Assembly: GCA_965644295.1 (NCBI GenBank)
Contig: CBFFRP010000113.1
Coordinates: 1-64,000, forward strand
Source of the DNA: Paraphysomonas bandaiensis
Lineage: Eukaryota > Protista > Chrysophyceae
DNA: 64,000 nucleotides
Reading direction: 5' to 3'
The translations under genes were made by a program, and so were the position numbers. Positions 1 through 11,676 of the stretch are shown here, piece after piece. A model generated the notes under the pieces. That model did no database searches and was not told the DNA's origin. It was given only the letters and a program-made list of their open reading frames with translations. Position 1 is the first letter of the stretch; every line of letters starts with the position of its first letter.

Positions 1-2670
1 TCTGTTGGCTGCCACCTCAGGAGGGAGTATGGCAGACGATCCGTTGTCTAAATGTGGTAGTTGTGCATGAAGTTGGAGGAGTCTTGCGGTGTATGCCTGT
101 ACTTCCTTGGAGTCCTTCGGGTTTACATTGAGACGGGGGGATTCGGAGGTGCGACTCAGGTGGTCGAGGGTCAAGATTGACTGGTACAGTGAAACCGACC
201 CAGACCGGTCGATGATCGAAGGCTGCTGCGAGTAGTGAGGGGAGTCAAGGCAGCCAGTGTCCGTAACAGACATGTTCGGAAGTAACGGCGTGTGTAGAAT
301 ATGATCGATCCGCGATATTCCTTTGTCTAATCTGTGGAAGGTATGATATGTTTTCCTGGGTAGGAGAAGCTCATGGAGTGGTGCAGCCAGTTGGAGTTTG
401 TCGGCAAGTGGTCGTATGTCTCTGCCTTTCGGATTTGTCTCCATGGAGCTATTGAAGTCGCCGGCGACAATGACAGTATGGTCCTTGGCTCTGGCTTTAG
501 TGACCCATTTCGTAAGGATGTTGCATAGGAGCTTGTAGGGGTCAGCAGTACAGATACCACGGGACGCTCTCCCTAGCTTGGTCAATTTGCTCCATAATGT
601 GCAAGAGCCTGGCGTGGATGGCTTCGGGGGTAGATAGACGCTTATTAGTACTAGGGTGTGCGCCACCGACGTTTTGAACTCTAGTCGGCTCACTAAACCA
701 AGTCCCGTAAAGTCAGCCTTTGTGAAGGCGAGACGGCGCTTCCAGTATTCGCTGATTATGACTACTGTACCCCCCATTAGTGGGTCTCTTGAAGTCAGTT
801 TTGGCTGCTTGCTGAGGAAGAGGCATATTCTTGATCCCTGGATTGCATCTTCTATGATACGTGTGAAGAAGTTGGCCTGAGTTTCTGTTAGACGGACATC
901 CTGTAATAGGAGCACGTCCAATTTTTGCCGCTTAAAGTGTCGGATGATAGCTTGGACTTTGCCTGTGTGAGATGCCGGATTGCCATTTGTGTTCCATGTG
1001 GAGAGTCGGAGTCCCATGGCTGCTCCCGAGGGAGCCTTGGGGATGCTGCTGGAGGTCTCTGTAGGAGTTCCACTCTTGTCTGCAAGGAGTCTGTCCCATA
1101 CTGCTTTATTGGCACCGCCTATGTCGCTGTCGTACGCAGCCCTGGCTTGGATTAATATCTCAAGTGGCCAGCGTTGATCACACCAGTAATGATGCCCGTA
1201 GTTGATGAGAAGTTCTTCATCCTTAGCAATGGGACGTATTGTACGGACATAGAGGCGTTTATTTTTCGTGACAAACTTGACATTAGCCATGTTTGTGGCT
1301 AGGGGGTCATTAATATACCCAGCTTCGCATGTTACACATTGTCGGACTTGGTCAAAGCCATCTATTGCGAAGGTACCAGTACTGTCTTGAACTATGTAAT
1401 CAGAACGCCTTGCAGACTGACTCAGCTTTGTTAGTGGATAGCGTTTGCCTTTGTACTCAGCAATGATGACGTCTGCTGGGAATGTGTTCTTCGCATAAAG
1501 GGATAGTCCTTTGGCAGTGTTATCGGCGTACGCAATGTAGAACTTTCTTGACCAGTCCTTGTCCCAGCTGGTGGTATCAAGTGCTGGAGTTGGTCTGATC
1601 GTTCGTGTGGTCGTGGATTGGTGTGAGTTGTGAAGGTTCGTTGGTTGGTCACTTTCATCGTAATTTACGACCTTTTTGGCTTTCCGGGTTGGCTGGCATC
1701 GACTTGTCAACGCAGTTTGGGCGTGTTTCAACTGCATCTTCTTGTGCGATGGTAGTGCTCCAGGGGTTGAAGCCTGCAGAATCTGTCGATTTGTTCGTGC
1801 TAACTTGGTGCTGCTGGACGAGGTTGTTCTGGTGCTGGTCGTCTTTGATGTCCTATTGTTGTTCGTGATTGAGTCCGCGGGAAGTGTAGGTGGAGCGATG
1901 GGGTCAGACGTTGAGAGTATACTGGTGGCCAAGGTGTTTTCAAGAGATAGTAGGGCGTTGTCTAGGGCAGTAGAAAGACCGGCAGGGTCTAAGAGGAAGT
2001 AGTGAGCATCTTGTAGTATGACATGGTAGTAGTTATCACGAATAGCGTTCCTAAGTTCCTCCACCTTCCATGCGATGTTATAAGCTACTTTGTCAGTAGG
2101 GATGCCTACAATGCTGAGATAATTACCATTTTGCGCCCACGTCGTGCAGGGGTTGATAGTAGAGGCTAAAAGGTGGACCTCTCGCACTGAGAGCCAGTGA
2201 GTTATGTCGTCCTCCGTAGTGTATGTTGTTTTGGCAGGTATTAAAAGTGCGGCCTGTGCGTGATCCAACTTATGTCGTAGTGGCTGAAGTGTGTGATGGG
2301 CCATGCACTCCCGTTGCATTGTGTCGAACGCTTGGGTGCCTAATGTATTTATAAAAGATGCTAGCGTGTGACGGTCCTTGCGTTGTTTGAGGTCTAATTT
2401 CAGACAGGAGCGAGTGTGTCGCCTGCTTGAAGCAAGAATGTGCAGATGATAGAGTGTGCTGTATGCGCAGTATCCATCACTTGGGATATGTTGTTGTGTG
2501 CGAAGGGCTGAGGGTCTGAGGGTGAGGCGATAGACTCTGCTCATGTCGCACATATGGAGCCTGAGTTGTCGACGGTCCGTGGGGTTCATCTGCCGTAGTT
2601 GACGTCGAGCTCTCGGTGACAAGGAGACTGCAATTACTTCCCTCTGTTCCTGTTGCTCTCTTTGGTCAAG
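1..2670 (-). mobile_element. 5'-truncated non-LTR retrotransposon (LINE); ORF encodes OTU-like protease + SET domain + APE endonuclease and continues off the window edge
   Basis: Manual translation of the minus frame shows no stop from 2670 to 1 (absent from the ORF track because it has no in-window stop). OTU-like motifs: HIPSDGYCAY (2461-2490), HWLSVREVHLLA, HVILQDAHY (~2000-2025). SET motifs: KGLSLYAKNTFPADVIIAEYKG, GYINDP, RPIAKDEELLINYGHHYW (~1180-1530). APE motifs: STWNTNG, DVLLLQD, GGTVVII, ISVYLPP, VAGDFN, RIDHI, and DHRPV (the last in a shifted frame). Confidence 0.88.
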
Positions 2671-3440
2671 CATGCAGTCTGAGTATCAGTGTATTTACTC
2701 GGGTCTCCAAGAAGTGCTATGGGTTCGGGGGGTGACGGGTGAGATTAAGTTGAGGCTCATCAAACCCACACCATTCTTCATCGACAGTCAGAGTGCCCAG
2801 GATTTGGCCGAAAACCCAGTGTTTCACAAGAAGTCGAAGCACATTGAGATTAAGTATCACATGGTGAGAGAGCACGTGGATCCCAATCAGTTCAATACGA
2901 TTAAGTTAGTGCATGTGCATACATCGCAACAAGCAGCAGATATTTATACAAAGTCATTGGTTGGTTTATCATATATGGAGCAGAGAAAGAGAAATCTTGG
3001 AGAGAAAGTTAAGAGTTCCACTGAAGTGATTAATGAGGGACCAAGGGATAAAAGAAGACGCAAGTAGGTACTGAGTTTTTTAGACAGAGGTTTAGACTTA
3101 GAGATGAGTCTATTTTACTGTCAAGAATTTTTTATCTCAGGCATTCAATAGCTGGGAGGCGTCATAGTACAACACTCAATTGAGGGGGAGTGTTGAGATC
3201 TGAAGATTCTATATACTTGCAATTGAGTGCAGTATTATGTGAGATGCAAGGATCGAAAGATATATATGTAATTAGTACATTATATTGTGTAGTATGAAAC
3301 TGAAGTAGAAGTGGATGACTATACAGGATACGATCACTGAGTGTGTGGTTTGTACACTATAGTAGTAAATGAATGGTGTTGAACACATCGAACACAACTT
3401 AGGTTCTTTATCATGTAATGTTTATAATTTCATCTTATCA
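2666..3440 (+). mobile_element. Ty1/Copia LTR retrotransposon 3' end (RNase H, PPT, 3' LTR), interrupted by the LINE
   Basis: ORF 2672-3067 has Copia RNase H motifs (SSMQSEY, DSQSA, NPVFHKKSKHIEIKYH, QAADIYTK). PPT TGAGGGGGAG at 3181-3190. LTR runs TGTTGAGAT (3191) to ATCTTATCA (3440) with TG..CA ends. Confidence 0.85.
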
Positions 3441-4707
3441 GTTGAGAATAGTAAACCTTAGCAAATAATGTCAACTTCTGTTAGATATATTTTACATTTT
3501 ACACGACAATGCACTATTGCCAATATGCAATAATAATTATCTATCTAGTCTAAAAACATAACTTTTCTTTACCGATCTAAACCAACTAAATGTTCAAAAG
3601 CCAATAGTGTAATAATTTTTGATTTTTCATAATAAGATCTAATTAATAAAATGATATCCTTGTGACGATTTTTGGCGATGTATAGCTCATAACATTCCGA
3701 CAGAGTATGGCCACAGTGTCTCCTCTAATATCCGAATAAATTCTAAACACTAAACAATGCTAATGCTTATTGTCATAAAATATGCTATATTGAGAACCAT
3801 TTTAATTACAGCTGTGATATACTTATTTGTCATTATTCATTGCAATTCACTACTTTGTTTAGTATATAGTTTATAACTGCTGTCTATCTTATAAATACTG
3901 TCTTCTCTGCTGTATTCATTACTAATTGTTACTATTCAAAAACCACAACAGCACTTATGTGGTCAAATCTTACTTTAGTGTGTTAAATACAGTGCGCTGG
4001 TACATCACATATTACACCAAGATGTAGCGTTGATTCTACTCACTCACACCCGCCCACTCATTCACCAACTTGACCATATAGATCGCGCGAGGATGTTGTG
4101 AGAGCCACTCTACTCCCCATAATTACACAGCTATTTTTTATAGCAATACAAGTATCGCACAGATTCTAGCAAGGTCATATTCAATATCCCATCCCCTAAC
4201 AAAGACTACGTGAAGATTCTCGTAGGCATGCATAGCTCGGTATAGGCCAAGTACGGCATTAGCTGAGACCCCTTCTCCCCTAGAATGTGCAGGGTTTCAT
4301 GTATGTTAGATCACCACACACAAAGAGCACGCCGAAATTTTAATAAAGTTCATGCATTGCTTTGTTTAATCAACACTAGCGCTTTACTAGGGCACACTCT
4401 CGGAATGAGAATAATCGTCATCTACGTAAAATGGTAGTAAAGAGGTGCCGCGGGTCGTTGGAACTGATATATTTAGTCATTTGTGAAATAAAATTCTATA
4501 TTACTTACCGCAAAAGTCGGACTACCCGTCATCCATCAACCGACAACCCACTTCTTTGAGACCAATTGATCCCCTGCAGAAGGTACGTGTGAACCTAAGT
4601 ATCTAATAAGCATTGAGATTGGCCTCACTATCAATCTAAGGAAATCTTTTGCCCCTTGCTAAACTAAAATGTGTGTTCTAATTCTCTAACGGTGTACTAT
4701 GATAAAT

Positions 4708-6355
4708 CAGGGATAGGGAACAATATATTGCAATACTATTATTGTTAGGTAGCGTTCCATCAATAGTATTGATGGATTTTTTAAACCGGCCCTACAATAC
4801 TATTGCAATATATTGCAATATATTGTACAATATATTGCAATATATTAGTATGACTAATCAGTAAGTAAACACATCCGTAGTTTTCATTTTTAGTACTTGC
4901 CATATTTTATAAGGTCTAAGGTCACTTGATAATCAAACCCACTACTCTTAACTAATTAAAAGTTTCCTCATACTCATCCTCTGAGCCATCATCGGTGACA
5001 TCATCATCACCATATTCATTCAATATTGATTGAAATATGCTTGCATCCGGCCACAACTGTCGGTTAGCTTTCAGAAACAACAGCATATTAAGTGTAGTAG
5101 GATGCATACGTTTGCGCAACACTGATATAATCAGTTTTGCTGCGCTGAACAGGCGTTCACACGTATTGGAAGTACATACTACATGACTCGTGCACCTGTA
5201 CTTAGATATTTCAACTTTTCGCTTCTTAAGTTTTTGAGCTGATTGAAGAATTTTTTCCGCATAGCCAACTTCAGCTTCATCATCCTCTGTATTGTTGCAA
5301 TAATCACTGTCTGAACGGAGATATATTCTAACAGCATCTTTCTCAGATCTTGTCAAGTCCAATTCTTCGCCTGCTTGGAGTTTTGCAATTCCATTCTCGA
5401 AATTCGGATCATTAACAATGGGACTGTTTTTCTGTAAAGCAGATAGTGGATACTTTGGCCTAAAGTCCCTCAATAAGCCATCAAATATGTTCCGGCATTC
5501 ATAAAGATTCACTTGACTTGATCCTCCAGTTTGAAGCAATTTCGAGACGCTTTCAAACTTCCTCAGGTCGTCTACAAGGGCGATTATTTCGGTATTCTGT
5601 CGAGGAGTAGGAATCATATCAGTAACTGCAAGCGGTAAGTCTTCAATTTTTAATACATGATCTTTTATACGCATCCACTTTACGAGAACCTGAAACATAG
5701 AAGACCATCTTGTGACATTTACCCTTTCTGGTAGCAGACTGGTTTGGCCACGTAGCAATGCAGCATTCTTAATCTGCTTCAACTTCCCGTAAATACCTCT
5801 TCAATGTCTCCTCCCACACATCATGAGAGAAAGTGTGATCCTTTAGATTGTTGTATCCATTCCGAATATTCTGTTGTCGTTTACGTCCGCAGATTTTACA
5901 CTCGTGTTTGTTCGGGACACCTTCGACCGGACTCCAAAAGCAGCGGTAAATGTCCCTACTCTTGTATGCACTCATCATTCAGTTGTCTCTTCTTGTCACT
6001 ATAGGATATATATACTATATTAAGAGAAGTACTGTACATACATGTGGAGAGGTGTAGAGTGCTGTTTGAGCTGGCGATACATAAAAAATAGAAAATAACA
6101 TCAAAAATAGGCTTTTTTTCTTATTTTCCGGATATTTGTATACAGAGGCGTATATTTTGCACCATACAGTTGAGGATCTTCTCTTATATGACTATCATAA
6201 TATTGATTGCAATATATTGCAATAGTATTGTGAGCTCTATTAACAGAAACACTATTGATGGAATATTTGACCAGTCCACCAATCAATATATTTTACAATA
6301 TATTGCAATATATTGTACAATATATTGCAATACAATATATTGTTCCCTATCCCTG
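4708..6355 (-). mobile_element. hAT DNA transposon, internally deleted (non-autonomous)
   Basis: Perfect 23-bp TIR CAGGGATAGGGAACAATATATTG (4708-4730 / 6333-6355). 8-bp TSD TGATAAAT (4700-4707, 6356-6363). BED finger (CKIC..NLKDH..H, 5769-5978) joined out of frame to a C-terminal part with TRWSS and the dimerization motif CERLFS..LLFLKAN (4952-5782). Subterminal CAATATATTG/TATTGCAATA palindromes. Confidence 0.95.
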
Positions 6356-6684
6356 TGATAAATAGTTGAATTGCATAAAAAGATAACAGAAGTGCAGTTT
6401 GAAGCAGAACCAGGACGGCATCGAAGAAGGAATTGTTAATGATACTGGGCACAAAGTTGTTAATGTTAATGATTTTTACATCACTTGTCAGCATTTCTTA
6501 TCATAGCAGGTTGTGATGAGTTGCAGCTAATAGTGTAATTGCGTTTTCCCCCATACCACCATTTTTAGAGCCCCCGAGGTGGCATTGTAAAACCCACAAG
6601 CACATGACTACAATTAAACAATGACATATTTTATTAATCTTTTATTAATATAAAACTAGAAGTCATCGCTAACAACTGTCAGAG

Positions 6685-7132
6685 TTACTTTGCAGATGCC
6701 CTTTCCTGCGCCTGTTTCTCCGCCTGATACTCTGAAAACCGAAACCCAACTCTTTGTGTGAGCTTCAGAAACTTCTCACTGCAATTTTTAATGCACTTCC
6801 CCTCTGTCTGATCTAGTGCTTTACTCCCAAAGTTCTGTACACAAAACAATAAGTGATAATACGAGACACAAATATAACGACAGACGATATATAACAACAC
6901 AGCGACAGCGACAGCACACATACCCCATTCCAACCCACCGTTACACACTTCGAGAAGCAGTCCTCAACAAGAAAATTATACATTCTGAACAGGACAATCA
7001 GACTATTAGCACACGATTGTATGACATGGTGTGGTGAGTAACCCACTTGAGAGACTCCTTCATTTGATGTTCTTCCATGTGCTGCATGAACTCAGCCTTC
7101 TGATGAGGAGGAACATTGTTGAAACTGTCCAT
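6685..7132 (-). CDS. TIM9: Mitochondrial intermembrane chaperone small TIM (Tim9), 3 exons
   Basis: Spliced product MDSFNNVPPHQKAEFMQHMEEHQMKESL / MYNFLVEDCFSKCV / ...EGKCIKNCSEKFLKLTQRVGFRF; twin CX3C motif; GT-AG introns. Confidence 0.9.
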
Positions 7133-7139
7133 TATTTGA

Positions 7140-7590
7140 GTTTGTTTAATATGTATGCTATGTGTGATATAATGAACTTAACAGCATACACATACACACA
7201 TACACATACATGTACATACATACATAGAGAGAGGCCGTGTGTGTGCTATGCTATGCTATGTACTGCTGTATGTGTGCTGTGGGCGTGCATATACATGGAT
7301 AGGTACAGCAGTACGGTATATATATGCTCTATATACGTGGCCCAGCGTGTTCCTCTGTGTATATGTTCTCTGCATAGAACATCGAATACAGTGTATACTA
7401 CAGTATTTCGTATCCAGGAATACAGTTCTGGTCATGTTCGATTTTATTGATTTGTTCATCTAAAAAGTCATCGTTTTTTCAGAGAAAAGTGAAAAAAAGT
7501 GACTTTTCAATGAAATTAAATAAAATCGATGCACAACCACCCCCAGTGTATGTGTATACTGCTGTATATGTATATTGGTATGTCTCACCA
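7140..7590. promoter_or_regulatory. Putative bidirectional promoter with TACAGCAGTA and TACGGTA motifs (type example)
   Basis: Divergent TIM9/RPAP2 intergenic region with motif copies at 7261, 7304, 7312 and 7557; the same motifs recur at other gene starts. Confidence 0.5.
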
Positions 7591-7596
7591 TATGAT

Positions 7597-10315
7597 ATGA
7601 ACACATACACACATGAGAAGCGATCCACATCATCTGACTCTCACATCCTCCGCTACGTCCTTCTTAATAGAGTGAACTTGAGATATAGATCAAGTGTCTT
7701 CTATCTCCTGAAGGGTCTCTTGAGGTCCTCATGTCCGCCCCTTCCAGTGAGATCCATGCATCTCATATCAAGCGAGCAGTCGAATGGAAGGTGATTATAT
7801 TGAACTCTTACTCCTCTCATGTGATCACTCGTCATGTATGCTGTGTAGATATTTGAAATACAGGCAGCGCTGATATCTGCGGAGGCTCTAGCTGCCCATA
7901 TGGATGCAGGGAAGAAATGGTTCCAACCATTCCATTATTATGATGTCGTTGACGAGCGAGTAGCTGATGGGCGCTGTGGGTTTCCTCTATGTGATAGAGA
8001 ATTAAGTCTCGGTGATAGTCAAAAGCTACATGATGCTGATGATACAAGAAAATATTGCTCCTCAGCCTGTGTGGAGAAGAGTCAGATATATGCACACTCG
8101 CTAGACGAATCATCCCCTCTCACCAGAAAATGTATAGACACCTTATCCATCTCTGAGTCAGAATCAGGTATGTATATTGCGCGTACCCTATCACATGTTG
8201 TACTGATATTTAAATACTGATGAATATTCCTCTTCCATGTGCACTCATCTATTGCCAGGATATACTGATACGAATGGCGTGCTCAATGTATTGTCGGGGG
8301 ATCAAAGGCCTGATACTTTGTCTAGCTCACAGCAATCTCCAGAGAAGGTTCATGATCATACACCAAGCGATACTTCCCGCGGAGTGACTATTCCAGGCGC
8401 AAGACGAATGCTAAATCACGCCTCTACAAAACCGTCGCCAGTAGAAACTCTTCCGAGTAAAACAGAGAGTAAAATTCACAACCGACGCCCAATTTTACCT
8501 GATTCAGAGTTGTGGGTGGAACTTCCATCTCCAGATAAAGCCAGTACCGCCATTGGTGATAGTAGTGCTGTCGACATTGCCAAAAAGGCCCACCCAACAT
8601 TTTTACCTGCATTACTCAGGAATGATCCAGTGCTAACGATGCCACCAAAGCACATTCCTTTGGCGTCACAGAAATCCCAGAAAGCTTTACAGTCACAACA
8701 AAGTGGAAAGTTTACTCCTCGTGATGGCAGCTCTACAGATGTTCCAGCTGCCTCCATCCAGATGGGAGATGGAAGCTCTGTGGCAACTAGTATACTCAGG
8801 GCAAGTTCTCATGAGCAGTCACCAACGCACTCTCCTAGAAATTTATTAGAAAAGCCAGAACCGAAAAGGAGAGTGAAGAAGGCCCTCTCATTCGGCCAGG
8901 ACTCAGTTCATATATTCAAACGAGGTGCGAAGGCTGCGGAGCAATATACGGAGTCAGAATGGGCGGCCGGGAAGGGCCGTCAGTCAATTTATTCGAAAGA
9001 AAGAAAAGGTTACTCAAGTGAGAGCGATGAGAGTAGTATAGGAAGCCCAATTAAATCCATCGGAAGTCCTAATATAAAAGACAGCAATAAAGATCACGAA
9101 ACCTTACCAACCTTTGAAGAGCAACTAAATGATTGGATGTCTGCTGGGTGGGGACCAAAACGTTCTACAAAGCAGGAAAATGAGTCACAGCTCAATGAAG
9201 GGGATGATATAACATATGTGTCTGCCATAAATAAAGATCTTCCGACGGACTATGATCCAGCCCGGCGAGTGGAATATTTAGATTGGAGCGAGCCAACTCC
9301 ACCCTGTCCCCCGAAGCCTTCGGCGATGTCCGCCGAAGAGAGTGCGCGGGCAGTTCAGGAGGCTAGGAAAATTAGACTGAAAGCTCGAGGAGACTCTAGA
9401 CGGAGGAGAGCTGCAATGGAAAGTAGAGAGAAGCCGCGGCCAAGACCACCATCAGTTGTAACTGGTCGCGAAAGTGATTGCGATAGCAAGAAAACAGATG
9501 CCGAAACCTCTGGTCAGCCTGAAACCGATTTATCTGTCTCGAATTTAGGGAGTATTCAGGATGACCAGTCTTTAGCTGCAGATCAACGAGAGCTACATAG
9601 CCACAAATTGTCTGTTGATTCAGCCGAGAATAAGGTTGTAATGTCCACTACTGAGACAGATGACATATACGTGCCAGTCGAACTCGATGCTGTCAAACGC
9701 CAAAATTTTTTCATGCACATGTGGGCTGCAATGGAAGACATATTTGAAAGCGACGCGATATCATGGCTAAATGAGGTTAGTGAAGTCAAAACGTCGCCCC
9801 AGGGAAAACAAGACGAGGAGACTATGCATGATGGAGTAACCGAAGAGAAGAATTCATGTTCGTTACATAGTTTGGGGTCTACTCATCGTGAACAGAATAC
9901 CGTTGCACTATTGCAAAAGGGGTTGTGTGTAGCAGAAAAAGTAATCGACTTGTCAGCGGCTCTTAATTGTGATGTGGCGATGGGGTGCTATTTGAATACA
10001 AAGAGGGATCTGATTTCATTTGTACGAACAGGCGATGGGCATCCTCATTTTAACACATTGCAGTGGGCATTTATGGGCCTCATAGTAATGGATGCAATTC
10101 TCCGGAAGAGAGTATTCATTGATTGTGATGTAGATGAAGCGTTGAGAGAAGGGTGGCAATCGAAGTTCGAAAACTGTGCGGCTCACATATGTGGTGGAGC
10201 TTCTGTGGCCAATCAACTACTAAGTGATCGAGAGTTTAGAATTTTGAGACAGTTTTTTGATAGTGATTCTACAGAAGATGAGTATTATACAGAAACAGCT
10301 GCACAAGAATCGTAG
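7597..10315 (+). CDS. RPAP2: Rtr1/RPAP2-like RNA Pol II CTD phosphatase homolog with long low-complexity C-terminus (start uncertain)
   Basis: YYDVVDER..GRCGFPLC...KYCSSACVEKS is the Rtr1/RPAP2 zinc-finger signature (exon ~7910-8168), followed by a 692-aa final-exon ORF. Confidence 0.75.
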
Positions 10316-11676
10316 TAAATGTATAATTTTTTTATATTTCCCTAACTTTGTAGATATTGAATGAATGTACGTGCTGTTTGTCAAATTTTGTGCTTCATAT
10401 TTGGATTTAAGTAGTTTCGAAAAATTGTAAAAACAATTTAAATTTCTTGTTGCAGTGCTAGTATGTTTGATAGAATCTGCTTGAGTGTCACTGACCGACG
10501 AGTTGTTAAGCCATTAAAGAGTTCTGGTGTCACTGATTCTAAATCTTTTTGAAATTCAACAGGATATTATAAGGCTACAAATATTAGTAGATTTCTGTTG
10601 AGCTTTTCTGTACCTTATGATTTCTGAACTGTAACTGTTGAATGAAGAATACAATTGTTAAAGACAGGGATGTACGATTTTAATGAAATGCTATGAACTA
10701 TGTAAGACAAAGTGAAATATATCTACTGTATAAAATCGTGTCTATCTAGGATCGCAAAATATTGAATGATGGTAGTGAACACAGTTAATGTAGCGTATGA
10801 CAATGAATGGTGAGAAATGGTTGAACAGAATTTTATTTGAGAGTGTATTGTTTCAAACTTCAGCTACTTCGAAGCGTTCAGGTGTGATAAGTTGATACTG
10901 TCTACTTAATGTAGATTAAAGGCTCTGACCTTAATGTCATTACTAGAAAATTGTATTAGTTTAATTTGTGTATTAAAACGACTTCAATCGCTATGGCTAT
11001 GTTCCTTTTTATGGATAGAGTGACGTGGACAAATATTTTAGCAAGCAGTAGTTATGCTCTGCCATCAAAAGATTAAGCTTTATAATACTTATTTCTAATA
11101 ATTTGTCTATCTCCAAAGACCGCTTATGCAGTCTCTTAATAGCGTCGGTTAGACTGTCGTCTGGTCAACATACTCCACATCCACTGCAGTAGCGCCTAAT
11201 GCAACAATTAAGAACTGCTGATGCTGCACATTAATTTCAGTCCAGCACTTCCATCATGTTGTTAGAACTTCAATTGACGTGAAACGTAATACACTATAGT
11301 GAATGCATATGTGCTTTAATAGCCTATGCCGCTGTGTGCACATGCATTGGACTGTTGCTGATGCTGGCAGTCTCAACGGATGTGCTGAAATATGTCGACT
11401 ATTGAAGATATCGCACTTTTTCTGTATAAAATATGTGGGTTTCTGTAAAAACAATAGTTTTAGAGCGGCCAAAAATACAATGATGTTATCCAATAGCCCA
11501 CAAGTACGATTAATCCAAGTGAAATGACTGGTACAGCAGTTGCTAGTTATAATATAGGCAAAAACGAAACCAACGGTTCTGGCGACAGCACACTGCTCAT
11601 CTTGATTACTGTTATCACTAAAGCGTGAACTTTAATAAACACACATAGGAGGATTTTGTTGTCGTTAGAGTCAGTC

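Noticed and set aside
327-2002. Short ORFs listed in the track over 327-2002
   Set aside because: They are antisense or off-frame shadows of the long minus-strand LINE ORF.
4780-4850. CRISPR-like short palindromic repeats (also 6200-6340, 53360-53500, 54260-54360)
   Set aside because: Irregular spacing with no unique spacers; these are hAT subterminal repeats in eukaryotic DNA.
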